The position numbers and the translations under genes are program-made. Source: a virus (taxonomy: Duplodnaviria > Caudoviricetes). From it: DNA of 60,892 nucleotides. Below are positions 42,973 to 51,770 of this stretch, one piece after another; position 1 is the first letter of the stretch; each line of letters starts with the position of its first letter. The stretch is taken from the IMG/VR virus record IMGVR_UViG_3300044820_000060, positions 1 through 60,892 of that record; one strand, 5' to 3'. Under the pieces are notes generated by a model. That model saw nothing but the letters and a program-made list of their open reading frames with translations, did no database searches and was not told the DNA's origin.

Positions 42973-44268
42973 ATGGCCTATAATCCATCAAAGCTCTATC
43001 AGCTTTACAGTTCGGCGGCGAAGGTTACGGCGTGGCTGTACATCACGACCGATACCTTTGCGACGGTTAGTGCGTCGAACTATTTTTCAGATGCGTTGCT
43101 TCGACGGGTTAAGCCAGGGGATTCTATTTCTGTCTTGGTGTTCACAACCACGCTCCCAGATGGAGAACTTAGTGGGTTCTCTTCGTTGACGCCATCTGTG
43201 TTTAGTGCGGTCACGTCTTCGGGTGGGACTATTGCTGCTGTGACTAGCGGCAATTCTCAATACGGCCTAAGCGGCCCGAACCTCCAGAATAACAATTACA
43301 CCTTCGCCCTCTCCGACATGGGCTCGGGTGTCGAGCACACAGATTCGTCCAGCGCCTACACTTGGTCGATTCCGCCACGCTCGACCGTTGCGTGGCCGAC
43401 GACCCTAATGCCTACGATAAAAGGCTTCAACAGCCGCAGTTCGGGAACCCTGACGATTGCACCGGGATCTGGCGTAACGCTGACTTCGGGCGGCACTTCC
43501 GGCTCGGTTACGATTGCGGCTTATAGCACTTTCGTCCTTTCGATGGACTCAGCCGACAATTGGATTCTCGAAACGGGTTCGGCGTCCAGCGGCCTAACGA
43601 TCAACACGACGACGACCAGCGGTGCAACGGCCGGGCAGCTTCTCTATTCTGACGGTTCGAAGCTGCAGGCCGGTGGAGCGGTTAAAACATCTTCCCTTGC
43701 TCTTGGCGGGGCGACGATAGGAACGGACGCTCTCGGCGTAACCGGAACGGTATCAATTTCATCGACACTTACACTTAACGGGGCTGCGGCGCTTTCGTCG
43801 CCAGCAGCAGGCCAGTACCAAATACAATTCGGCGGAACGACCGCGGTAGATTATGCGATTTCTACAGCGGCCACGTGGACATACGCATTCGGCGCAGGGT
43901 ACACGTCCACTGTTGACGCGACTGGTTTTAGGTCAACTGCGCCAACATCTATCGGTTGCCAAATCCGGTTAACACAAACGGGGATATCCGACTGGAAAAT
44001 AGTAAACGTCGGCAACTCAGCGGATCTTCAAATATCTGCATCCGGCGTTAGGGCGCTCGCTTGCGATACGGCCGGTAATGTCCAGTTTGGAACAGGGGCG
44101 GTCATCGCAACAAATGCCACGAATGGGTTTGCTTATCTGCCGACATGCGCGGGAACCCCAACGGGAACGCCTACCGTGCGAACTGGCGGCGTGCCGGCGA
44201 TTTATGACACTACGGGCAACAAGCTCTGGGTCTATCGCGGTGGCGCTTGGGCTGGTGTAGCTATCTAA
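42973..44268 (+). CDS. Tail fibre/structural protein
   Basis: S/T/G-rich; C-terminal ATNATNGFAYLPTCAGTPTGTP...YDTTGNKLWVY. Confidence 0.75.
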   Translation: MAYNPSKLYQLYSSAAKVTAWLYITTDTFATVSASNYFSDALLRRVKPGDSISVLVFTTTLPDGELSGFSSLTPSVFSAVTSSGGTIAAVTSGNSQYGLSGPNLQNNNYTFALSDMGSGVEHTDSSSAYTWSIPPRSTVAWPTTLMPTIKGFNSRSSGTLTIAPGSGVTLTSGGTSGSVTIAAYSTFVLSMDSADNWILETGSASSGLTINTTTTSGATAGQLLYSDGSKLQAGGAVKTSSLALGGATIGTDALGVTGTVSISSTLTLNGAAALSSPAAGQYQIQFGGTTAVDYAISTAATWTYAFGAGYTSTVDATGFRSTAPTSIGCQIRLTQTGISDWKIVNVGNSADLQISASGVRALACDTAGNVQFGTGAVIATNATNGFAYLPTCAGTPTGTPTVRTGGVPAIYDTTGNKLWVYRGGAWAGVAI

Positions 44269-46307
44269 TGAGCGGTACCTTGGCCATCGCGGGGGGTTCG
44301 GCCAATTACGGTCTGAGCCTCTTACAATCCTCTCTCGCGTGGTGGAATGTACAAGCCGCTGGCGCGGCGACTACAGTAACCATCACAACAAACATGAACC
44401 TGTCAACTCAATGGAGCGCTGGCAATAATATTACCATCACATCGGGGATTTCTGATCCTGACGGGGGAACCTCGGCTTATAGACTAACCACAAATGGCTC
44501 GGGTGGGTGGTACGTCGGGAGCGCTTCCGCTGCAAATTATTATGCCGGTTACTCTAGGATGACCGGAAAAGTTCTTGTGTCCGACAATAGCGGATGGCGG
44601 CTCACTCCAGGGTCTTTCGCGGTCAGCGCTTACGGTTTCGCAACGGAAACCCAGGCAGGCGAAAACGTAGACGGTGAAGATCAGCTTGCATACCAGTACA
44701 GCAGTAATTGGATGCTTGGGAACCAATGGCAGAAATACAAGGGAACGGCGTGGCGCACGTTTTCTTTCGAAAGCATCGTATCTAACGTAAACGGCGACCA
44801 GTATGTTGTACCTGGGCGTGCAGAGTCCAACAGTGCGGCTTCTGGCGTCACGATTCTGGGAGACCTCTACCAAGTTCAATGCACGCAAACGCGCCTCGTA
44901 TCCATAAGCCCTAGCGCGGGCTCGGTGAGTCTTGCGCAGGCAACCAATAATAACCGGTCATGCATCGTGCCGAACGGCTGGCTCGGCAATAGCATGGCAT
45001 TCAATACCGAAGCGCCCGAAGCGTCGATGAGCGCGGCGGTGGCAGTCGGCACGGGCGCATGGTTTGCTTGCGGGGTTTTGCAGCCCACCAAAACCGATTC
45101 TTACCCAAGCGGAAATCCCGTCAACATATTCACGCTCACCGGATCAACAGCGGCGATCAGCCTCACAGCGGTACAAGCCGCTGCCGGCGACCGCTATCAC
45201 GGTCAATGGGGCTGGTCATTCAAGAATGATGCAGGCACAACCACATCAGGCACATTCGCAAATTCGCGGCTTCCTTCAGTGCCCGTGGCTGTCGGCCTTT
45301 ACTATGATGGCTCAAGCAATCTCTCTTTGTGGGTGGATGGCGTTCAAGTCGGGTCAAACGCAGCGGTTTCCGGCACCACGACGCTAACAGGCTGCTCGAT
45401 CAGCGGCGGCGACGCGCGGCTGGCCTGGGTCCAGAAGCTTATCAGTCTCGGCGCAAAAACGGCGCCTCAAATCGCAACACTCCGGCTAACCATGCGCAAT
45501 GTGGCCGGTCTTCCCGCCGCATGGAAGCTCGTTATTCACAGCGGCCAGTCAAACTCCGTTTCGTATGGGACGATCAATCAACGGGCCAGAGGAAGCGCGC
45601 CCTTCGTGCTTGGCTCGGCGTGGTCCATGCGTGAATATGACACAAAGGACGGTTCTGCCGATACACCTTGGCAGTCCTACCCGTTTAACAAGTTTTTGAA
45701 TTTTGGGGGCACCACAAACATCTACTACGGTCCCGGCGCATCCTTTTTAGATGAGGCCACCGCGAACGGAAGTTATGGCTGGGTGGTCGTGTCCACGGGC
45801 GTAGGAGGCACACCCATTGAGCAGTGGTTATCCGGCAACCCCGAGCAAATGCACATCGCCGCAGTGGTCCCGCAAGCCGTCGCGGACCTCGGAACGACGC
45901 TCATATATTACGCAGGCTTTACATTCGTCCAAGGCGAAGCAAACGCTTCGGGCGGCACGAGCTACCCAGGCGGATATCTGCAAGCGCAGATCGATCTGGC
46001 TGCGTGGATGCAGACAACATTCGGAAACGGAACGCCTGCGAATGTTGTGATCCACCGGCTAAATTCATATTTCAACAACAACAATTCGCCTTACGCATCC
46101 CCCGCAACGATAGACGCTGCTCAAGACGCATTTGTGGCCACTAATCCAAGCTTATTTTTCGAGAGCCGTTTGGATATTCAAGCCACTTCTCCGTATTTCG
46201 ATGGGATACACTATCCTGTAGGCTACGGGAGAACCGCATTAGGGCGTAATTTATTCAGAGCACTTAAGGGATTAGCTTTGATAACCGATCCGTCCACATT
46301 GCAGTAG
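44268..46307 (+). CDS. Tail spike with LamG-like domain and SGNH (sialate O-acetylesterase-like) domain
   Basis: LWVDGVQVG; HSGQSN; GVGGTPIEQW; FVQGEAN; DGIHY. Confidence 0.8.
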   Translation: MSGTLAIAGGSANYGLSLLQSSLAWWNVQAAGAATTVTITTNMNLSTQWSAGNNITITSGISDPDGGTSAYRLTTNGSGGWYVGSASAANYYAGYSRMTGKVLVSDNSGWRLTPGSFAVSAYGFATETQAGENVDGEDQLAYQYSSNWMLGNQWQKYKGTAWRTFSFESIVSNVNGDQYVVPGRAESNSAASGVTILGDLYQVQCTQTRLVSISPSAGSVSLAQATNNNRSCIVPNGWLGNSMAFNTEAPEASMSAAVAVGTGAWFACGVLQPTKTDSYPSGNPVNIFTLTGSTAAISLTAVQAAAGDRYHGQWGWSFKNDAGTTTSGTFANSRLPSVPVAVGLYYDGSSNLSLWVDGVQVGSNAAVSGTTTLTGCSISGGDARLAWVQKLISLGAKTAPQIATLRLTMRNVAGLPAAWKLVIHSGQSNSVSYGTINQRARGSAPFVLGSAWSMREYDTKDGSADTPWQSYPFNKFLNFGGTTNIYYGPGASFLDEATANGSYGWVVVSTGVGGTPIEQWLSGNPEQMHIAAVVPQAVADLGTTLIYYAGFTFVQGEANASGGTSYPGGYLQAQIDLAAWMQTTFGNGTPANVVIHRLNSYFNNNNSPYASPATIDAAQDAFVATNPSLFFESRLDIQATSPYFDGIHYPVGYGRTALGRNLFRALKGLALITDPSTLQ

Positions 46308-46322
46308 ATCAGGAACCCAAGA

Positions 46323-46562
46323 ATGACCGACAACAGCACCATTTCACGCGAAGAAGCAAACGACCTTATTCAAGCCGTCGCAGCCCAGCGCGACGCGCAC
46401 GCCAACAACGAGGCGCAATTGAGCGCGGCTCTTGCTGCAAAAGACCGTAAATATGCGGCGGAACTTGCGGCCAAGGATGCGAAGATTTCTGCGCTGGAAA
46501 AAGCTCTGCAAGCCATCCCGTCCAATATCGTCGACATCAAGCATCAGGATGAAGCGGCCTGA
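46323..46562 (+). CDS. Small coiled-coil protein (possible fibre chaperone)
   Basis: AGGA RBS; heptad pattern. Confidence 0.65.
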   Translation: MTDNSTISREEANDLIQAVAAQRDAHANNEAQLSAALAAKDRKYAAELAAKDAKISALEKALQAIPSNIVDIKHQDEAA

Positions 46563-46584
46563 TCCCAAACGTAGAGAGAAACAC

Positions 46585-46612
46585 AAGGGTCGCTGAGCGG
46601 CCCTTTTTTATT
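46585..46612 (+). terminator. Intrinsic terminator
   Basis: AAGGGTCGC-TGA-GCGGCCCTTTTTT. Confidence 0.7.
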
Positions 46613-46621
46613 GGGTGATCG

Positions 46622-47332
46622 ATGAGCGTGCTAACTAGCCAGCCGGCCACGGGGACGTTCTCATTTTCGCCCAGCGCAGCCGATGTGGTCGGAAACGCCT
46701 TCCGCAAAATTCAGATCCCTCGGGCCGAACTAACGACCGAGCACCTGTTCGACGCGGCGATGGAGTCGAATTTCCTCGCGATTGATATCTCGAACCGGAA
46801 TCCGAACGGGTGGCAAGGGGAGGTTCTTTCTCAGCCTCTCACGCAGGGGACCGCGACTTACATACTGACGGGCCGAACGATCCTCATCCCGATAGCGACT
46901 CTCGTCACGACGGATAGCTCTGGAAACGTCACAGAGCGCGTTCTGGGGTCCATAAGCCGGTCGGACTATGCGACATACCCGAACAAGGCTTATCAGGCTC
47001 CGCCGACTTCGATTCTCTTTCAGCTTCTCAATCCGCCGGCGATCACGCTCTACCCGACGCCTGACGGAAACGGACCCTATAGCGTAAGCATGTGGTCGTT
47101 CCGGCAAATGCAGGACGTTGATCTCGTGAATGGGTACTCGTTGGACGCGCCGTACCGCTTTCTCGACAGCTACGCCACCGGCCTCGCGGCAAGGCTGGCC
47201 CAGATTTATCGACCGGAGCAGGCTGACAAGCTTGAGGCGCTGTTCGAGGCCCGGTTCAAGCGGGCGGCTGCAACGGATCAAGAGGCGACTCCGATCGCCA
47301 TAATTCCTGGTCTTCAGGGGTATTATCGCTGA
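46622..47332 (+). CDS. Head-tail adaptor-like protein
   Basis: ISRSDYATYPNK...ITLYPTPD...PYRFLDSYATGLAARLA. Confidence 0.7.
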   Translation: MSVLTSQPATGTFSFSPSAADVVGNAFRKIQIPRAELTTEHLFDAAMESNFLAIDISNRNPNGWQGEVLSQPLTQGTATYILTGRTILIPIATLVTTDSSGNVTERVLGSISRSDYATYPNKAYQAPPTSILFQLLNPPAITLYPTPDGNGPYSVSMWSFRQMQDVDLVNGYSLDAPYRFLDSYATGLAARLAQIYRPEQADKLEALFEARFKRAAATDQEATPIAIIPGLQGYYR

Positions 47333-47676
47333 TGGGCTACCGTGCTTTCCGAGGCCACGCCGAACTCGACGTGGACGACATCCGCGCGTTCGCAATCTGC
47401 GATGGCTGCGGTCAGCTATGGAATCATGACCGGCTGTCCTGGCAATACCAATGGCAGGGTCCAACGCTGGTCAACCTGCATAAACTGGTTTGCCCGACGT
47501 GTCTCGACGTCCCGAACCCGACGCTAAAGAGCATCGTTCTCCCGCCCGATCCCGTTCCGGTCTTCAATTCACGACCGCCAAATCCCAACGACATCACGAC
47601 CATCCGAACCACGGAAGACGGTAACACGCGCGTCACCGAGGATGGGAACACTCGCACAACCGAGGAAAGTATTTAG
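47332..47676 (+). CDS. Zn-ribbon tail-module protein
   Basis: AICDGCG...LVCPTCLDVPNP...PPDPVPVFNSRP. Confidence 0.7.
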   Translation: MGYRAFRGHAELDVDDIRAFAICDGCGQLWNHDRLSWQYQWQGPTLVNLHKLVCPTCLDVPNPTLKSIVLPPDPVPVFNSRPPNPNDITTIRTTEDGNTRVTEDGNTRTTEESI

Positions 47677-49929
47677 ATGGGCACCGATACAATCTCGCAG
47701 CTTCCGGTCGCCATCGCAGTCAGCGCCAATACCGATTATCTTGAACTCTCCCAAGCCACGGGAAATCCATCTTCTCCCTACGTCAGCAAGCGCATTCTTG
47801 CGAGCCAGCTTATTGTCAATGGGTCCGGCGGCGGCGGGTCTTCAACTAATATCTCCGCAACGGAGACGTCCAATTCGGTATCCATCGCCTCGTCAACAGG
47901 TACAGGCACGACAATCCCGGCCGCGACGGCTTATCTTGCTGGTGTTCTTGATAGCGCAAGAGCCGCCAAGATTGACGGACTTGCGACAATCGCGACGTCT
48001 GGGAGCGCCCATGATCTTGTGGCTGGCACGGTGCCTTCCGCCAGGATGCCAACCCCGGGAGCGGCAAGCCTCGGCGGCATCAAAGCCGCGACGGCGCCTG
48101 CCAATCAATTCCAAACAGGCGTCGATACGAGCGGCAATCCGACCTTTGCTCAGCCGTCCTTTTCCAATATCGCCGCCTCTGTTTCCCCTTCCCAACTCCC
48201 GACGCCAACCGCCTCGACGCTGGGCGGAGTCCTTTCGGCGATAGCGGGAACGGGTACAGTCCAGACGGGCATAGATGCTTCAGGAAACCCCGTCTTTTCG
48301 GGGCTACCAACGCCAACCGCTTCGACGTTAGGCGGCGTGGAGAGCTTCACAGCGCCGTCCCATCAATGGGTCAACTCCATCTCATTGTCGGGCGTTCCAT
48401 CCTCCGCTCAACCGGCATTCACGGATATATCCGGCTCTGTTGCCGCGGCGCAATTACCAAACCCAACCGCTTCGACACTTGGCGGTGTCCAATCGCTTGC
48501 CGCCGTCACGCACAAATACATCAACGCGATCTCGACATCAGGTGTCCCGAGCGCCGCGCAACCTGTTACAGCAGATTTGGCTGACGGTGCTCCGATCCTC
48601 GGGATTACCCGCGCGCAGATCGCCTCTTACAATCTGTCGCCGTTCACGCGGTTCGTGACAACCAACGGTGCCGCATGGGTCCAGGGCAACTCATCCGGCC
48701 CGATGGCGATCCAAGACGCGGCAGCGAGGTGGTGGAATATTGACCTATCCGGGTCTGGAAAGACTGCTTCCATCCTTTGGTTTGGTGGCGTTGGCGACGG
48801 TTCGACGGACAATCTGGCGGCTTTCAACGCTGCGATAGCCGCTGGCGTCAAGACGCTCTATATCCCGACCGGGACTTTCAAAATAACGGGCAATGTCGCT
48901 TGTGGAACGTCTGCCCTCAAACTCGTCGGGGATGGCGCTGGGAATAGCATAATTTCGGCTACGTCCGGTACTTTCGATATGTTTTCGTGGGCCACATCCG
49001 GGTTTGATGGTGGCTGCATCGGAATAAAATTCTTATCGACCGGCATGACTGGCGGCAACATCCTCTCCATCAAGAACCAGCAAAGGTTCACCATTCGAGA
49101 TTGCGTATTCGGTAACGGTTACAATCACATCTATATCGAGGATCAGAACGTCCTCACGATCACCGATTGTGTGAGTTCCGGCGCAGGGGGTGCTTATGCG
49201 ATCCGAAATCTTGGAACGGCGCTCGGGAACGCGAACGTCCTCAATCTCCACAATCTGGAAATCGGGTTCGCGACAAACACATCATCATCGCCCGTTGGGA
49301 TCATCATCGACGGCGCTGTGAATACGATCAACATCACCCACACGGCGGTCACGAAGGGCTATCGAGGACTTTCGGTTGTGAACACGGTGGGCCTATCCAC
49401 ATCGACAACGCTGTTCATTTCAGCCTTCAACTTCCAGTCCGATTATCCCTATGATTCCGCGATTTATCTCACAGGTGGCGCATCTGGGACAACGGGCCAA
49501 CATCAGTTTGTCGCCTGCTATGCTCATGCCTCGCAATCGTCGGATAATATCTATGTCGATACGTCGGCGCGAGACGTGAAATTTATCGGCCTAGAGTCCA
49601 CGGGCGGCTACAAGCGCGCCGTCAACATGCTCGGGAAGTACATCTACGTTTTGAGCGGCGCGCAGATCGCGGCCAATTCTCAGGCGGGGTCTGCCTCATA
49701 TCCTGGCATCGAACTTGGGGCTTCATCGGTCGGATGCCACGTTCACGATAGCCTCGTGGGGCTGTGGTCCGGGTTTCAAACCGAAAAGCAGTCCTATGGC
49801 GTCGTCACAGACGTTGGCGCGACCTACTACAATATCACCGGCAACAATTTCCACGGCAACGTCACCGGGGCCGTCCAAGACAACGCTGCTCACGGGGCCT
49901 CCGTGATTGCCAACAATATTACGGCTTGA
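47677..49929 (+). CDS. Tail spike with pectate-lyase-like beta-helix
   Basis: Four repeats of the LPTPTASTLGGV type; WFGGVGDGSTDNLAAFNAAI...LYIPTGTF; beta-helix C-terminus. Confidence 0.85.
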   Translation: MGTDTISQLPVAIAVSANTDYLELSQATGNPSSPYVSKRILASQLIVNGSGGGGSSTNISATETSNSVSIASSTGTGTTIPAATAYLAGVLDSARAAKIDGLATIATSGSAHDLVAGTVPSARMPTPGAASLGGIKAATAPANQFQTGVDTSGNPTFAQPSFSNIAASVSPSQLPTPTASTLGGVLSAIAGTGTVQTGIDASGNPVFSGLPTPTASTLGGVESFTAPSHQWVNSISLSGVPSSAQPAFTDISGSVAAAQLPNPTASTLGGVQSLAAVTHKYINAISTSGVPSAAQPVTADLADGAPILGITRAQIASYNLSPFTRFVTTNGAAWVQGNSSGPMAIQDAAARWWNIDLSGSGKTASILWFGGVGDGSTDNLAAFNAAIAAGVKTLYIPTGTFKITGNVACGTSALKLVGDGAGNSIISATSGTFDMFSWATSGFDGGCIGIKFLSTGMTGGNILSIKNQQRFTIRDCVFGNGYNHIYIEDQNVLTITDCVSSGAGGAYAIRNLGTALGNANVLNLHNLEIGFATNTSSSPVGIIIDGAVNTINITHTAVTKGYRGLSVVNTVGLSTSTTLFISAFNFQSDYPYDSAIYLTGGASGTTGQHQFVACYAHASQSSDNIYVDTSARDVKFIGLESTGGYKRAVNMLGKYIYVLSGAQIAANSQAGSASYPGIELGASSVGCHVHDSLVGLWSGFQTEKQSYGVVTDVGATYYNITGNNFHGNVTGAVQDNAAHGASVIANNITA

Positions 49930-49939
49930 GGAGGCGACA

Positions 49940-50740
49940 ATTACCACGACAATTTACAAAGGGGCCACGCTTCCTGCGAATGGCGGGGACTCAGGCGTAT
50001 GGGGCCCAGAATTGAACGGAAGCCTATCTACATTTGATGCTAACCTCGGCGGCATCGCGGCAATTTCCGTCAGCAACGCCAACGTCACCCTGACTACCAA
50101 TCAGGACAGTATGCTCATCCTCAGAGTGACAGGCACTCTGACTGGAAATGTTCAAATTACGAGTGCGTGCCAGGGTCAGAAAATTATCGAGAACCTTACG
50201 ACCGGAGCCTTTGCCGTCACCATCACAAACGGCGTCGGCACCCCGTTCACCTTGCCGCAGGGCATAGCGGCTCTTGTGATCTTCGATTCAACGAATGGAT
50301 CCCGGCGCGGAAATAGCGAGTTCGCTTCAGGAACATCGACGGTCTTCTATCAGACAAATGCTCCGGTCGGATGGACGCAGAACACGAGCTACAGCGATTA
50401 CGCCATGCGGATCGTGAACGGCGGAACACCCGCCGCGCACGCTGGATCACGAGGGGCTTCTATCGCGTTCGCAACCCAATTGAGCGTGGATGGCCATGCG
50501 CTTTCCGTTCTGGAAATGCCATCACACGCCCATACCGATTCCGGTCACACACACCCAATCGGCCCTAACTATGGAACTGCGGGAGGAGCAACCTTTCTTG
50601 CTCCACTTCAAAATTCACTAAGCGGGGCGACTGGTCTTGGCTACGCCAGCATCCAACCCACGGGCGGCGGGCAGGTTCACGCGCACACGTTCACGCTCGG
50701 TGTGAACTACATAGATTTCATTCTCGCCAGCAAAAATTGA
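49940..50740 (+). CDS. Tail fibre/collar protein (probable ATT start)
   Basis: PANGGDSGVWG; FASGT..VFYQTNAPVGWT; LSVLEMPSHAH; GGAGG RBS 5 nt before ATT 49940. Confidence 0.75.
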   Translation: MTTTIYKGATLPANGGDSGVWGPELNGSLSTFDANLGGIAAISVSNANVTLTTNQDSMLILRVTGTLTGNVQITSACQGQKIIENLTTGAFAVTITNGVGTPFTLPQGIAALVIFDSTNGSRRGNSEFASGTSTVFYQTNAPVGWTQNTSYSDYAMRIVNGGTPAAHAGSRGASIAFATQLSVDGHALSVLEMPSHAHTDSGHTHPIGPNYGTAGGATFLAPLQNSLSGATGLGYASIQPTGGGQVHAHTFTLGVNYIDFILASKN

Positions 50741-51078
50741 TGAGGCAGATCCCCGACGGCCCGAAAGACCTGACTTGTCCGTTCCGAGGCAAGTCTATGG
50801 ATAGGGTATGCAAAAGCTGTCCCCTATGGGTCCATATCCGCGGCAAAGACAAAAACACGGGCGAAGACTGCGACTCCTGGAACTGCTCTCTCGCGTGGTT
50901 GCCTGCGCTTTTGATTGAAACGGCACATCAAGCTCGGAGCGGAGCGGCAGCGACCGAATCGTTCCGCAATGAGATGGTCAAGCAGAATGAAGCGGCCCGC
51001 GTTATCCCGCTTGGTCAAATCGGCCAATCCATCGAAGCCTACAAGCGCCTCGCACTTCCAAATGGAGGCTCCGAATGA
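50737..51078 (+). CDS. Cys-rich tail-associated protein
   Basis: CPLWVHIRGKDKNTGE..D.WNC..AWLP.LLIE...AAATESFRNEMV. Confidence 0.75.
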   Translation: MMRQIPDGPKDLTCPFRGKSMDRVCKSCPLWVHIRGKDKNTGEDCDSWNCSLAWLPALLIETAHQARSGAAATESFRNEMVKQNEAARVIPLGQIGQSIEAYKRLALPNGGSE

Positions 51079-51770
51079 GCCTGACCTATTCGTCTTACGT
51101 CACAGCGATCCAAACGCTGATGCCGACGACATCTGCGGATGTGGACTTCGCCTCGATTTTTCCTTCAGCGATCGACTATGCGGAACAACGGCTTTACCGC
51201 GAACTCGACCTCCTCTCGACCGTAAACCGGGATACATCCGGCACGGTCACAGCCAACTCGAGGACGTTCACGCTTCCTCAGTCGATTGGCCTCTTTGTCG
51301 TTGTCGATGGGATCAATATCATAACCCCTGTCGGTTCAACGGCGAGCAACGGCACGCGCAATCCTCTCGTTCCGGCCTCTCGCTCCTACATCGATTTCGT
51401 CTGGCCCTCAGAGACGGCGGCGAGCGCCGCCACGGTCCCGAGCCTATGGGCTCCCGTCACCGACCAAATCATCTTGCTCGGCCCTGCTCCCGGCGCCGGG
51501 TTTGCGGTTGAGGTCATTGGGACAATCCGCCCGACTCCGATCTCGGCAAGTAACACGACTACCTTTTTGAGCCTCAACCTGCCGGACCTTTTCGTCGCGG
51601 CGACCATGATCTTCATCTCGGGCTACATGAAGAACTATGGAGCTCAATCCGACGATCCAAAATTAGCGGTTTCTTGGGACTCCCAATACGACAAGCTTTT
51701 TGCCTCGGCAAATGCTGAAGAGATGCGCCGGAAATTTGGGCACTTCGCTCCAGCGGTTGCGAAACGCTAA
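51075..51770 (+). CDS. Tail adaptor/tubular-like protein
   Basis: IDYAEQRLYREL...LGPAP...TTFLS.NLPDL. Confidence 0.75.
   Translation: MSLTYSSYVTAIQTLMPTTSADVDFASIFPSAIDYAEQRLYRELDLLSTVNRDTSGTVTANSRTFTLPQSIGLFVVVDGINIITPVGSTASNGTRNPLVPASRSYIDFVWPSETAASAATVPSLWAPVTDQIILLGPAPGAGFAVEVIGTIRPTPISASNTTTFLSLNLPDLFVAATMIFISGYMKNYGAQSDDPKLAVSWDSQYDKLFASANAEEMRRKFGHFAPAVAKR

Noticed and set aside
48040-48500. Repeated CCAACCGCYTCGACGYTRGGCGG segments as DGR template/variable repeats
   Set aside because: They are in-frame protein repeats (PTASTLGG); no reverse transcriptase or adenine-specific variation
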